Positions 18,122-28,485 are shown, counted from the stretch's first letter. The stretch is DNA of 32,000 bases from Desulfotalea psychrophila LSv54 (GCF_000025945.1 NC_006138.1:2940001-2972000), one strand, 5' to 3'. The notes: generated by a model not told the origin, from the sequence alone. Numbers and translations: made by a program.

Positions 18122-19108
18122 ATGTTTACCATTGGCCCCAATCAGTTTTCTTCACCCTTTGTCCTGGCCCCACTTGCAGGTTACACAGATCTCTCCTTCC
18201 GACTTCTCTGCCATCAATTTGGGGCAGACTATACCGTCTCTGAAATGATTAGCTGTCATGGACTTTTTTATAACCAACAGAGAACCCTGGAAATGCTTGC
18301 CTCACTACCGGAAGAACGTCCTGTCTCCTTCCAACTCTTTGGGGCGGAGCCAGATATCATGGCCAAGGCAACTCTGATACTCAATGATTTTCAGCCTGAT
18401 ATGATTGACATAAATATGGGCTGTCCGGTTCGTAAGGTCACCAAAAAAGGTGCAGGCGCGGCCCTTATGTCCACCCCGGAACTTGCCTACGATGTCATCC
18501 GCTCGGTGGTTGACAATACCGACATCCCTGTAACCGTAAAATTTCGGGCAGGGGTGAGCAGCACAGAACTGAACGGTGTAGAGTTTGGCCTTATGACAGA
18601 GAGGGCAGGAGCCGCCGCCGTAGCCGTTCACGGCCGAACACGGGCTCAGGCATTTAGCGGAGTGGCCGATCGAGGTATCATCAAAGAGGTCAAAGAGGCC
18701 CTCTCCATTCCCGTCATAGGAAATGGAGATATCTTATCCTACCAGGATGGTTTGGATATGATGGCTGAAACAGGTTGTGATGGGGTCATGGTCGGGCGAG
18801 GTGCGCTCGGCAATCCATGGGTCTTCCAGGCTAGTGGCAAGCCGGCAAACATCCATGGCCTTGCTGCAGGCGCCCTGCAGCACCTGCTCCTCATGGAAAG
18901 ATTCAACCCCGTAGAGCGCGTCCTTGGCCTTATCAAGAACCATATGAGCAAATACTTCAAGGATATGCCGGGAAGCTCAAGGCTCCGCACAGCTATCTTT
19001 ACCGCATCATCCTTTTTAGAACTGAAGGGAATGATCACCGAACTGAGCAATCCCGAAAGAGCTCACTCCCTTATAACTGACATTGAGCAAAAATATGAAA
19101 TTTCGTAA
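18122..19108 (+). CDS. dus: tRNA-dihydrouridine synthase (DusB/NifR3 family)
   Basis: APLAGYTDLSFRLLC, DINMGCPVRKVTKKGAGAALM and VAVHGRTRAQ...GNGDI are Dus family TIM-barrel flavoenzyme blocks. Confidence 0.9.
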   Translation: MFTIGPNQFSSPFVLAPLAGYTDLSFRLLCHQFGADYTVSEMISCHGLFYNQQRTLEMLASLPEERPVSFQLFGAEPDIMAKATLILNDFQPDMIDINMGCPVRKVTKKGAGAALMSTPELAYDVIRSVVDNTDIPVTVKFRAGVSSTELNGVEFGLMTERAGAAAVAVHGRTRAQAFSGVADRGIIKEVKEALSIPVIGNGDILSYQDGLDMMAETGCDGVMVGRGALGNPWVFQASGKPANIHGLAAGALQHLLLMERFNPVERVLGLIKNHMSKYFKDMPGSSRLRTAIFTASSFLELKGMITELSNPERAHSLITDIEQKYEIS

Positions 19109-19568
19109 ACCAGAAGACGCAGAGCTACAAAAAAAAGCCGCCGCCCTCCTCCACCGGGCATTTCCCAAGAGCAAACGCGAAGAGGATTTGGCAGAAGATC
19201 TTCGTGATAATGAGCAAGAGTTTCACGAGTGGGTGGCTATTCACCGCAATAGCGTCATTGCCTATATTGGTTTCAGCAATGCCTACAGGGATGGAGAAAA
19301 ATGCGGCCTCCACCTTGCCCCCATGGCAGTTCACCCCGATTTTCAGGGTCAGGGAGTGGGAACAGACCTTCTCCATTTTGCCCTACGGCAAAAAGAGATT
19401 AAAGACCAGACAATATTTGTCCTCGGCAAGCCGGGATTTTTTCAACGATTTGGTTTTCAGTGGGCCGAGCTCCCCATCTGCCCATTTGCCCAGGGCAACA
19501 AACACTTCTCGATCAAAAACAGTACGGGAGGAGACTATACCGTCGACTACGAACCTGAATTTTATTAA
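19095..19568 (+). CDS. GNAT-family N-acetyltransferase
   Basis: The acetyl-CoA binding motif region is MAVHPDFQGQGVGTDLLHFAL. I prefer the ATG at 19095 over the TTG at 19083. It overlaps the dus 3' end by 14 nt. Confidence 0.75.
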   Translation: MKFRKPEDAELQKKAAALLHRAFPKSKREEDLAEDLRDNEQEFHEWVAIHRNSVIAYIGFSNAYRDGEKCGLHLAPMAVHPDFQGQGVGTDLLHFALRQKEIKDQTIFVLGKPGFFQRFGFQWAELPICPFAQGNKHFSIKNSTGGDYTVDYEPEFY

Positions 19569-19595
19569 TATTTTGTCAGGTCCCTGATAGCAAAC

Positions 19596-19627
19596 AGGCC
19601 CCTATGTTCAGCTGAACATAGGGGCCT
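19596..19627. terminator. Bidirectional terminator hairpin between the convergent GNAT and pepA genes
   Basis: A perfect 32-nt palindrome, aggcccctatgttcag|ctgaacataggggcct, followed by tctcttt on the plus strand. Confidence 0.75.
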
Positions 19628-19632
19628 TCTCT

Positions 19633-21141
19633 TTAGCCCAGAGAGCGAATAAATTCAATCAGGGTTCTGGTTCCTGTACCGGAAGGCCCTTTGGGAATAT
19701 ATTTTTTCTCGGTGAAGTTCCAGGCAGTTCCTGCAATATCAAAATGGAGCCAAGGAGTATCACCTATGAATTTTTCCAAATAGGCAGCGGCGGTAATGGT
19801 GCCAGCAGGACGGCCACCCACATTTTTAATATCTGCCACCTCGGACTTGATCTGCTTACGGTATTCCTCGGTCAGAGGCAGGCGCCAAACAGGTTCACCG
19901 GCCTTGGCCCCCGCTCTGGTGGCAAGTTCTACCAGATGATCACTATTAGAGACAAGGGCCGTATGATGATGGCCAAGAGCAATAATAGCAGCACCCGTCA
20001 AGGTTGCCAGATCGAGGACATAATCGGGGCAATATTTTTCTACCCCATAGGCCAGGGCATCGGCCAAAATCAATCTCCCCTCGGCATCTGTATTCACCAC
20101 CTCCGAGCTTATTCCACCATAATGACTAATTATATCACCTGGTTTTAAAGCACCTCCACCTGCCATATTATCCGTTGCAGGAACGATAGCTATGACCCGA
20201 ACATCAGGTTTTTCTTCTGCCACAGCCTTCATGGCACAGATAACAGCCGCACCACCACACATATCATACTTCATCTCCTCCATGCCCGCGCCTGGTTTCA
20301 AACTCACTCCACCAGAATCAAAGGTAAGGCCCTTACCCACCATCAGCACAGTTTTACGTGGGTTTTCCGGGCTATACTCCAGAACAACAAGCTGAGGCGA
20401 CTCCTTACTGCCCTGACTCACCCCCAAGAGACCACCCATCCCCATTTTCTTCATCTTCTTCTTACCGAGAACGGTACAGACGAGGGAATGAGATTTGGCA
20501 AGTTTTTTAGCATAACGAGAAAAATGCTTTGGTGTCCAGCCATTACCCGGCTCATGAGCCATATCACGGGCAGCACAACCACAGTCAGCTGCCAATTGGG
20601 CTCGTTCAGATATCCTTTCTAAAGCCTTATCAAAGGCACCGGCAAAAGAGAGAGCAAGTACCTTCAATCCTCTGTATGGGGCAGGGGCATCTTTTTTACT
20701 CATATACTTAAGGAAACGATAATCGCCCAGGAGTACTCCTTCAACCAAGGGTTCAAGGGTATCGGCACTCTTTCTCCCTGCAAGGGTGGGAATTACCACC
20801 AGCACCTCAGTAGCCTTTATCTCAGCGGCCTTCTGGGCAACAAGGCCACCTGTTTGCCGAAGCAGATCTCTCTGTAAATCAGAGTCCTTATCCCCCTTAC
20901 CAAGACCAAGCAAGAGAATACGCTCTGCCCCACAGATGCTTTTCTTCAACTGTGATGAGTAGAGAAGGACGGCCTCTCCATCTTTGCCCGAAAAATCTCC
21001 GGTTGCCTCTAATTTATTATAAATATTAGCAATTTCCTTCATATCACCGCTAAATTCAGGCTTCTCCCCCAGAGGGAAAACCAACAAATCTCCGGCAAAA
21101 CTCTGCCATTTTTCATAATGTACTACCTGGGTTTTACTCAT
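19633..21141 (-). CDS. pepA: Leucyl aminopeptidase (M17 family)
   Basis: The M17 signature NTDAEGRLILADAL is present, together with the VGKGLTFDSGG and MKYDMCGGA metal-ligand blocks. Confidence 0.93.
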   Translation of the reverse strand: MSKTQVVHYEKWQSFAGDLLVFPLGEKPEFSGDMKEIANIYNKLEATGDFSGKDGEAVLLYSSQLKKSICGAERILLLGLGKGDKDSDLQRDLLRQTGGLVAQKAAEIKATEVLVVIPTLAGRKSADTLEPLVEGVLLGDYRFLKYMSKKDAPAPYRGLKVLALSFAGAFDKALERISERAQLAADCGCAARDMAHEPGNGWTPKHFSRYAKKLAKSHSLVCTVLGKKKMKKMGMGGLLGVSQGSKESPQLVVLEYSPENPRKTVLMVGKGLTFDSGGVSLKPGAGMEEMKYDMCGGAAVICAMKAVAEEKPDVRVIAIVPATDNMAGGGALKPGDIISHYGGISSEVVNTDAEGRLILADALAYGVEKYCPDYVLDLATLTGAAIIALGHHHTALVSNSDHLVELATRAGAKAGEPVWRLPLTEEYRKQIKSEVADIKNVGGRPAGTITAAAYLEKFIGDTPWLHFDIAGTAWNFTEKKYIPKGPSGTGTRTLIEFIRSLG

Positions 21142-21379
21142 GATGACTCCATAATAGAGTTGATTAGATCAATTAGCTATGCCGACTAAGCTTACATAAC
21201 TAAGAAACAGTGTCTATTCTCTTTAAAGCATGACTCAAATAAAATATGTAGTAGATAGACACGGATAATAGATAATATATAGAGTACATTAAAAATGTAC
21301 TGCTCTCTTTTTTAGCCCTTATTTTATAACAGGTAGGAGATGATATTGAAAAATCATTCTGCCATAGCGGAGAATTCTT

Positions 21380-22420
21380 GTGCATCAAACCCTTATTGTC
21401 GCAGTAAGCCTTGCCATTTTCATATCTGCAATCTGCTCTCTCTGCGAAGCAGTGCTCTACACCCTCACCGCCAGCCAGGTTGAAATGCTGAAGAAAAGCG
21501 GCTCACCGGCCGGAGAGCAGCTGCAACAGATGCGGGCAGATATTGATGAACCCATCACAGCAATACTCACCCTCAATACAATTGCCCATACTATTGGCGC
21601 AGCCATTGCCGGGGCTGCTGCCGCAAAAATTTGGGGCGATGAAAATGTTATCTGGTTCTCAGCAATTTTTACTCTGGCTATTCTTATCTTCACCGAGATA
21701 CTGCCAAAAACCATGGGGGTAAATTTTGCCTACAAACTGGCCCCAGTCATTACCTATCCCCTACAGATAATGATATTTATATTAAAACCAATTGTTTGGC
21801 TATGTCGATGGGTTACCCGTCTTCTGCCAAATCGTGAAGACGACACCATCAGCGGTGAAGAAATTCAAACCATAGCCACTCTTTCCCAAAAATCCGGCGA
21901 TATAGAGGAGAATGAGGCAAAGGTCATCAATAATATCATTGAGCTCAAACACAAAATTGTTCGTAATATCATGACCCCCCGGACAGTCACCTTTTCCCTC
22001 AACGAAACGCTGACCATAAGTGAAGCCATGACCATGATAAAACGACTGAGTAGCCATAGCAGGATACCTGTTTATAACGTTAATATTAACAACATAACAG
22101 GAATCATCATGCGAAAGGACATTCTTCAGGCGGCAGCTGACGACAGGGACGAACTGCCACTCTCGCAGCTGGCAAAACCCGCCCATTTTGTCCCGGAGAC
22201 AGCGCCTCTTAACCGTATTCTCATTGATTTTTTTGATCGCCACCAACACCTCTTCGTCGTCGTCGATGAGTATGGCAGCATGACAGGGGTGATCTCCATG
22301 GAGGATGTTATTGAGGAAATTGTCGGTCAGGAGATCGTTGATGAATCCGATAAGGCAAATGATATGCGGGAGCTGGCCAGAAAACGAAACCTGGCCAGAA
22401 AAGAGGAGAGAAAAAAATAG
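21380..22420 (+). CDS. CNNM/DUF21 transmembrane domain plus CBS-pair protein (CorB/TlyC-like putative divalent-cation transporter), lacking a CorC_HlyC C-terminal domain
   Basis: GTG start 6 nt after GGAGA. There are 4 N-terminal TM segments with the FTEILPKT motif, followed by two CBS repeats (VRNIMTPR..., MTGVISMEDVIEEIVG). The protein ends soon after CBS2. Confidence 0.85.
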   Translation: MHQTLIVAVSLAIFISAICSLCEAVLYTLTASQVEMLKKSGSPAGEQLQQMRADIDEPITAILTLNTIAHTIGAAIAGAAAAKIWGDENVIWFSAIFTLAILIFTEILPKTMGVNFAYKLAPVITYPLQIMIFILKPIVWLCRWVTRLLPNREDDTISGEEIQTIATLSQKSGDIEENEAKVINNIIELKHKIVRNIMTPRTVTFSLNETLTISEAMTMIKRLSSHSRIPVYNVNINNITGIIMRKDILQAAADDRDELPLSQLAKPAHFVPETAPLNRILIDFFDRHQHLFVVVDEYGSMTGVISMEDVIEEIVGQEIVDESDKANDMRELARKRNLARKEERKK

Positions 22421-22463
22421 GCCTCAACCCCTTTTTATCGAGATGGGAGTGACAGCGATATTA

Positions 22464-23234
22464 TCAGCCCAGATCAATCATGGGCAGAGGTTGGTGCTGA
22501 TCGGCCACATGCAGCTTCATCTGCGGCCAGGCCTTTGCCACCGGAGCGACTGCTCGCAGGGCATGCTGAGGGGTGTTATTGGTTTCACTCAGGTGAGCAA
22601 GCACCGTACACTGAAGCTTTTCATGACAGAGATCCTGAAGAAACTGAGCACTCTCCTCATTTGCCAGATGACCCTGGCGAGATCGCACCCGCTGCTGGAG
22701 CTGCAGGGGGTATGGGCCCATACGCAAGAGATCCGGATCATGATTTGCCTCAAGTATCAGTCCATCACAGGCGGAGAGGCGCTTAGCCATGAGATGGGTA
22801 GCATAACCGGTATCCGTACAGTAGCCAAGGGTCTTCTCACCATTGCTTATGATATAGCCCACAGGATCAGCACTATCGTGCATCACCGAAAAAGAGCGCA
22901 GTTCTAAATCACCGATCTGGAGGATATCTCCTGTCTCAAACTCTCTGATATTATCTATTTTTTTAATTATCCCTTCACTGCCAAGCAGGGTCCCCTCATT
23001 TGCCCAGACACTCATCTTACATCTTCTGGCAAGCACCCCGACCCCGCCAACATGGTCACGGTGTTCATGGGTTACGCAGATGGCCCGTAAACAGTCGGTG
23101 CTCCTGCCAATTACCGCTAAACGCCTCTCTATTTCCTTCCCGGAAAAACCCGCGTCAATGAGAATAGCTGTTTTACCAGATTCGATATATACAGAGTTAC
23201 CCCGACTACCACTGCCAAGTACAGAAAAACGCAT
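22464..23234 (-). CDS. MBL-fold metallo-hydrolase (YycJ/PhnP-like)
   Basis: MRFSVLGSGSRGNSVYIE...ILIDAG and the HxHxDH motif (VTHEHRDHVGG) are present, with later His/Asp ligands. Confidence 0.85.
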   Translation of the reverse strand: MRFSVLGSGSRGNSVYIESGKTAILIDAGFSGKEIERRLAVIGRSTDCLRAICVTHEHRDHVGGVGVLARRCKMSVWANEGTLLGSEGIIKKIDNIREFETGDILQIGDLELRSFSVMHDSADPVGYIISNGEKTLGYCTDTGYATHLMAKRLSACDGLILEANHDPDLLRMGPYPLQLQQRVRSRQGHLANEESAQFLQDLCHEKLQCTVLAHLSETNNTPQHALRAVAPVAKAWPQMKLHVADQHQPLPMIDLG

Positions 23235-23457
23235 ATTTTTTACCCTTAGGTCCTGTCAGAAAATTATATGAACATCTTGCATCTCAGCTTCGGGCCATCT
23301 TCGACCGCTTCTCAATCGCAAAATCCTCGATGTAGCCCTGCTACATCTGCGGTTTTGCTCAATCGGCGCAACCAAATCTGACCCAATCCTGAGCGAAATT
23401 TTGGCCATCTTATTTTGTAACAAAACCTTAGTTTTAAGAGATCATGAAGAAATCGCC

Positions 23458-23913
23458 TCATACTCCCGTATGGCCAAAGCCACCGGCACCACGCTCCGTT
23501 GCCTCAAGCTCCGTGACAACAGTCCATCTTGCCTGGAGAACAGGGGCAAGGACAAGCTGAGCAATACGATCACCATGATGAATGGTTACAGCTTGCCGAC
23601 CAAGGTTAATCAGCCCCACCCCGACCTCACCACGATAGTCTGCATCTATGGTACCAGGTGCATTAACCACTGTCAGCCCATGCTTTATGGCAAGACCACT
23701 CCTTGGTCGCACCTGAATTTCATAGCCAGTGGGAATGGCAAGGGCAAAACCCGTCGGAATAAGGACAATATCACCCGGCTCAATGGTACAATCAGCATCC
23801 AAACAGGCCGCCACATCCATACCGGCAGCCCCCTCTGTTTCATATGCGGGTAGAGAAAGCGTCTCTGTCTCCCGACCTTCCAGCCAAAGGAATTCCACTT
23901 TTTTTTCCATCAC
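23458..23913 (-). CDS. dut: dUTP diphosphatase
   Basis: [34 protein letters not shown] and the C-terminal [10 protein letters not shown] are the five dUTPase motifs. Confidence 0.93.
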   Translation of the reverse strand: MMEKKVEFLWLEGRETETLSLPAYETEGAAGMDVAACLDADCTIEPGDIVLIPTGFALAIPTGYEIQVRPRSGLAIKHGLTVVNAPGTIDADYRGEVGVGLINLGRQAVTIHHGDRIAQLVLAPVLQARWTVVTELEATERGAGGFGHTGV

Positions 23914-23922
23914 AGTCCCCTA

Positions 23923-23957
23923 CAAAAAAGGGCCGATCCTCAAAAGAAGATCGGCCC
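23923..23957 (-). terminator. Rho-independent terminator after pnp
   Basis: On the minus strand the sequence reads gggccgatc-ttcttttgag-gatcggccc followed by ttttttg. The 9-bp stem is GC-rich. Confidence 0.8.
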
Positions 23958-23986
23958 AAAAACTATCTCAGAACAGCAGGCTACAA

Positions 23987-26065
23987 TTAACCGAGCAATG
24001 CCTTACGACTAAGACGGATACGGCCGCGATTATCAACATCAAGAACCTTCACCTCTATGGTGTCGCCCTCGTTGACAACATCGGTCACATCCTTAACTCG
24101 CTCAAGGGCAAGCTCAGAGATATGAACCAATCCATCGGTACCAGGAAGAATCTCTACAAAGGCACCAAAGTCTTTGATGGTCTTAACCTTTCCGGTATAT
24201 ACCGCTCCAACCTCTACCTCTGCAGTGATAGATTTTACTCTCTCCACAAGGGCCTCGGCAAGTGCACCGTTAGCAACAAACATTTTTACCAAACCGCTGT
24301 CATCAACTTCGATTTTTGCATCGTACTGTGCAGAAAGCTCTTTGATGATCTTACCGCCGGGTCCAATAATGTCACGAATCTTGTCTTGGCTGATCTTATG
24401 AATGAAATACTTAGGCGCATGCTCAACCACCTCGGCACGAGCCTCGGCAATACCCTTGCTCATCTCTTCCAAGATGTGCATACGACCACGTTTTGCCTGA
24501 TCAAGAGCATTGGACATAATATCACGGCTAACACCGTCAATCTTGATATCCATCTGCAGAGCGGTAATACCATCACAGGTACCAACCACTTTGAAATCCA
24601 TATCGCCCAAGTGATCCTCATCACCAAGGATATCAGAGAGAATAGCAACACCCTCGCCTTCCTTGATAAGCCCCATGGCAATACCGGAAACAGGACGCTT
24701 AAGGGGTACACCCGCATCCATCATGGCCATACTACCACCACAAACTGAAGCCATAGACGATGATCCGTTAGATTCAAGAATCTCGGAAACCACACGAATT
24801 GCATATGGGAAATCTTCTTCACTTGGAAGAACAGCCTCTAAGCCACGGGTTGCAAGAGTTCCATGACCAATATCACGTCGGGAAGGACCACGAAGGAAAC
24901 GAGCCTCGCCAACACAGTATGGAGGGAAGTTATAGTGAAGCATAAAACGACGAGAAGTCTCGCCGTTAAGGGTCTCAACACGTTGCTTATCGCGCTCACT
25001 ACCAAGGGTTGCAGTAACAAGTGCCTGAGTCTCACCACGGGTAAAAAGAGCAGATCCATGGGTCTTTGGCAAATATTCTGTTTCACTGGAGATATCACGA
25101 ATCTCATCCCAGGCACGACCACCAATACGCACGCCTGTGTTTACAGTCTTTTCACGCAGATAAGTCTTCTTGAAATCAGAGAGAAGGCTGCTGATCTCAG
25201 AGGCACGCAGACCCTCTTCAGTGTCAAGCTGAGCCACAACTTCTTTCTTCAGATCATCATAAACCTTACCACGCTCCAACTTGTCTACGGTGGTATAAAC
25301 TTTTTGCATACCGGCCGCAGCAATCTCAACAACCTTTGCCTTAAGTTCTGCATCAATCACAGGGGACTCAACAACGATTTTTTCTAAACCATTAGCTCGT
25401 TGGAGTTCATCCTGAAGATTGATAAGGGGCTGAAGGTTTTCAAAGGCAAAGAAAATAGCGCCAAGAATTTCATCTTCACTGAGTTCGTCGGCCTTACCCT
25501 CAACCATAACAATAGCGTTACGGGTACAGGCAACCATCAGATCCATGGAAGAAGATTCAAGCTCTGCGAATGTTGGGTTAAGTACATATTTACCATCAAT
25601 ATAGGCAATACGACCACCAGCCACTGGACCTGCAAATGGAATATGAGAAATAGAAAGTGCCGCTGAAGCACCGGTCAAGGCAAGAACATCAGGTGAGTTC
25701 ACCTGATCTGCCGAAAGTACGGTGGCAATAACTTGAGTCTCTGATCTATAACCTTCAGGGAAGAGCGGACGAAGGGGACGATCAATAATTCGACAGGTAA
25801 GCACCTCTTGGTCAGAAGGACGACCAATCTCACGACGAAAATAGTTACCGGGAACACGACCTACTGCAGAAAACTTTTCTTGATACTCAATGGTGAGTGG
25901 CAAAAAGTCAACATTGGGATTGCTGGTCTTGGCGCCAACCACGGTCACAAGTACCACGGTACCACCACAACTGATCACAATCGATCCAGATGCCTGCTTG
26001 GCTAATTTTCCAGTTTCAATGGAAATAAGCTTGCCATCAATATCAGCTTCAACTTTATTAAACAT
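23987..26065 (-). CDS. pnp: Polyribonucleotide nucleotidyltransferase (PNPase)
   Basis: 692 aa. It has two RNase PH domains, a KH domain (IRDIIGPGGKIIKEL) and an S1 domain (GAVYTGKVKTIKDFGAFVEILPGTDGLVHISE). Confidence 0.98.
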   Translation of the reverse strand: MFNKVEADIDGKLISIETGKLAKQASGSIVISCGGTVVLVTVVGAKTSNPNVDFLPLTIEYQEKFSAVGRVPGNYFRREIGRPSDQEVLTCRIIDRPLRPLFPEGYRSETQVIATVLSADQVNSPDVLALTGASAALSISHIPFAGPVAGGRIAYIDGKYVLNPTFAELESSSMDLMVACTRNAIVMVEGKADELSEDEILGAIFFAFENLQPLINLQDELQRANGLEKIVVESPVIDAELKAKVVEIAAAGMQKVYTTVDKLERGKVYDDLKKEVVAQLDTEEGLRASEISSLLSDFKKTYLREKTVNTGVRIGGRAWDEIRDISSETEYLPKTHGSALFTRGETQALVTATLGSERDKQRVETLNGETSRRFMLHYNFPPYCVGEARFLRGPSRRDIGHGTLATRGLEAVLPSEEDFPYAIRVVSEILESNGSSSMASVCGGSMAMMDAGVPLKRPVSGIAMGLIKEGEGVAILSDILGDEDHLGDMDFKVVGTCDGITALQMDIKIDGVSRDIMSNALDQAKRGRMHILEEMSKGIAEARAEVVEHAPKYFIHKISQDKIRDIIGPGGKIIKELSAQYDAKIEVDDSGLVKMFVANGALAEALVERVKSITAEVEVGAVYTGKVKTIKDFGAFVEILPGTDGLVHISELALERVKDVTDVVNEGDTIEVKVLDVDNRGRIRLSRKALLG

Positions 26066-26175
26066 ATTTTCTCCAACTGTTTATCAGCTTCGGGGAAAGG
26101 AAATAATGTTCCCCTTCATGACTGGATTATCCACCAGTCCCTATGCTCTTTTTTTTTCGACTTCCTTAAACTGCA

Positions 26176-26216
26176 ATACCTCAGGAAATTTCTTTTGGAG
26201 AAATCACCTGAGGTAT
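26176..26216 (-). promoter_or_regulatory. Long stem-loop in the rpsO-pnp spacer; a candidate processing or autoregulatory hairpin of the pnp leader
   Basis: The 10-bp outer stem is atacctcagg / cctgaggtat, with further inner pairing (atttct/agaaat). No T-run follows on the minus strand. By analogy, the rpsO-pnp intergenic hairpin in E. coli is an RNase III target. Confidence 0.5.
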
Positions 26217-26259
26217 ACACATACCCCAAAACAAAAACGTTGCAGGTAAGGTGAAGGAA

Positions 26260-26529
26260 TTACTTACGAATTCCAAGCGCCTTGATCAATTCACGATATG
26301 TAGTAACATTTTTTTTCTTCAAATAATCAAGAAGGCTTCTGCGTTGGCCAACAAGCTTAAGCAGACCTTGTCTTGAGTGATGATCTTTCTTGTGAGTCTT
26401 GAAGTGATCGGTCAGGTACTGAATACGATCGGTCAAGAGAGCGATCTGTACTTCAGATGATCCGGTATCGCCTTCGTGGGTCTTGAACTTCTCAATAATC
26501 TCGTTTTTTACAACTGCTGATTGTGCCAC
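26260..26529 (-). CDS. rpsO: 30S ribosomal protein S15
   Basis: [51 protein letters not shown] is canonical S15. It has a GTG start 6 nt after AGGAGG. Confidence 0.96.
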   Translation of the reverse strand: MAQSAVVKNEIIEKFKTHEGDTGSSEVQIALLTDRIQYLTDHFKTHKKDHHSRQGLLKLVGQRRSLLDYLKKKNVTTYRELIKALGIRK

Positions 26530-26726
26530 GACAATCCTCCTGAAACTGTATTATAAGAATATAATATTCTCAATAAATTCGAATATTTTCTGTCATAATT
26601 TATCCGCTGAAAAAAAAGCGGGCGGGCGAGCCAATGCGGATCAGAAAATGCAAAGTTAGGTGGCGTCCCTTCCAAGTATTAAGATACGCATGGTACTCTC
26701 GAAGCAAGAATAGCTAAAACGCAAAA

Positions 26727-27467
26727 TTATTGCAACAATTTACCTACACTTTCTACGGATAAAACTTTTTTCATGAATCTTTCATGAGCATCTTCAGCTA
26801 ACATGTCGACATCGGTGAGGGCATCTTCAACATTGAAAAAACCACTTTTGGTGCGACGAAGGTCAGTTAAATGGGCACCACAGCCCAGAACCTTTCCGAT
26901 ATCCGAGCCAAGGGTCCTGATATAACTCCCCTTGCTGCAGCGTACCCGAATTACCAGGCTAGGATGGTCTCCTTCAAGATCTCCTTCGCCCAGCCTCTCA
27001 ATTTCATGAACGGTTATCTCCCGTGCATCTTTTTTTACTTCAATACCCTTACGGGCATAATAGTAGAGAGGTTTTCCCTGATGCTTTAAAGCTGAATAGG
27101 CAGGTGGCACCTGCATCTGAGTGCCCTTAAAACCGGCAAGACAGGTCTCTATGGTCTCTGCATGCAAAAAACCCACCTGCTTTCTGGCAATTTCTGCCCC
27201 TTCCGGATCCTGGGTTTCAGTTTCAACCCCAAGACAGAGGGTGGCAATATATTCCTTCTCCCCATCCATAAAGGAAGAGATCATCTTGGTCGCAGGACGT
27301 CCCGCGCATACCACTAACAAACCAGTGGCAAAGGGATCAAGGGTTCCAGCATGGCCAACCTTTTTCATCCCCAAGATACGACGTACCCGGCTTACTACAC
27401 CAAAAGAAGTAATCCCCACTGGTTTATCAATGAGGAAAATTCCTGCTGTAAAATCTTGTTCTTCCAA
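26727..27467 (-). CDS. truB: tRNA pseudouridine(55) synthase
   Basis: GIFLIDKPVGITSFGVV...KVGHAGTLDPFATGLL contains the catalytic-Asp motif. Synteny with rbfA and rpsO supports the call. Confidence 0.93.
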   Translation of the reverse strand: MEEQDFTAGIFLIDKPVGITSFGVVSRVRRILGMKKVGHAGTLDPFATGLLVVCAGRPATKMISSFMDGEKEYIATLCLGVETETQDPEGAEIARKQVGFLHAETIETCLAGFKGTQMQVPPAYSALKHQGKPLYYYARKGIEVKKDAREITVHEIERLGEGDLEGDHPSLVIRVRCSKGSYIRTLGSDIGKVLGCGAHLTDLRRTKSGFFNVEDALTDVDMLAEDAHERFMKKVLSVESVGKLLQ

Positions 27468-27495
27468 TATTAGTCTCTTTTAAAGCTGAGGTACA

Positions 27496-28485
27496 TTAAG
27501 AAAGAGCGGCCCTAAGGGCCGTCACAACTCTGGATCGTGCCTGCAATAGGTTTATCTCTTTTAAGCGAAATCCTGCAGCGTTATAATGCCCACCTCCACC
27601 AAACTGCTCGGCGACAAGAGAAACATCACAACCGCCCTTGGCCCGAAGACTGACAGAAACACTTCCGTCCTCGCTACCCTTTAAAAAGATGGCAACCTTA
27701 ACGGAGGCAATAGATCTCGGATAGTCAACAAAACCACCTGTATCTTCCTTGCTAGCACCTGTTTGCGCAAACATTTCATCCGTCACATAGACAGAGGCAA
27801 CTTGCCCTTCACAGTTCATCTCCAAAGTACCCAGCACCATCTGCATCAACTGCAAGCGGGAAAGGGTCCAATTATCGTAAAGATGACTGCCAACCTGATC
27901 CGGAAGGACACCGAGCGCCAGAAGTTCTCCGGCAATGACATGGGTTCTAGCCGAAGTACTGCTGTAACGAAAGCCACCCGTATCACTTACGATGGCAACA
28001 TAGAGACAGAGGGCAGCTTCATAGCTTAACGGCATATCAAGCTTAGCTGCAAGCTCAAAAACCATCTCGCCCGTCGAAGAAAGAGCTGCCTCAACCCAAC
28101 TGATATCACCAAAGGGTAAATGACTCTTGTGATGATCCATAACAAGAGAGTATTGGCATTTTGCAAAGATATCCTGAAAGATACCAAGGCGATAAACATC
28201 ACCGCAATCAAGGGCGATGGCAAGGCAATCCGTTCCCTCCCGCACGAGGAGGGCCTCGGCCGCAGCAGATCCAATAATCAAATTATCGGCAGCTGGCAAA
28301 AAGGCATAGGTCAGCGGAAGCTCTGCCTCCACAAAACACCACACCTTCTTCCCCTGGGCCTGCAAAATATCTGCAAGCCCAAAGAGAGAACCAAGCGCAT
28401 CACCGTCGGGGCGACTATGAGCAAAAAGAAAAAACTTATCATTTTGCTCAATTGCCTCAACTAAATTACTAGGAATTTTCACCAT
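27496..28485 (-). CDS. nrnA: DHH/DHHA1 phosphoesterase, NrnA-type (oligoribonuclease / pAp phosphatase)
   Basis: Motifs are [24 protein letters not shown] (DHH) and the DHHA1 motif [11 protein letters not shown]. It overlaps the rbfA 3' end by 17 nt. Confidence 0.85.

Noticed and set aside
23729-24748. A 339-aa plus-strand ORF spanning the dut 5' end, the pnp terminator and the pnp 3' end.
   Set aside because: It is antisense to two strongly supported genes and runs through a terminator hairpin. Its composition (T/N/H/L-rich) is typical of the mirror frame of a real gene.
26530-26726. A possible rpsO promoter (TATAAT on the minus strand at 26555-26550) and the small hairpin ccgctgaaaaaaaagcgg in the truB-rpsO spacer.
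   Set aside because: The -10 box would put the TSS practically on the SD, and I found no well-spaced -35. The hairpin stem is only 4-5 bp. The support is too weak to annotate.
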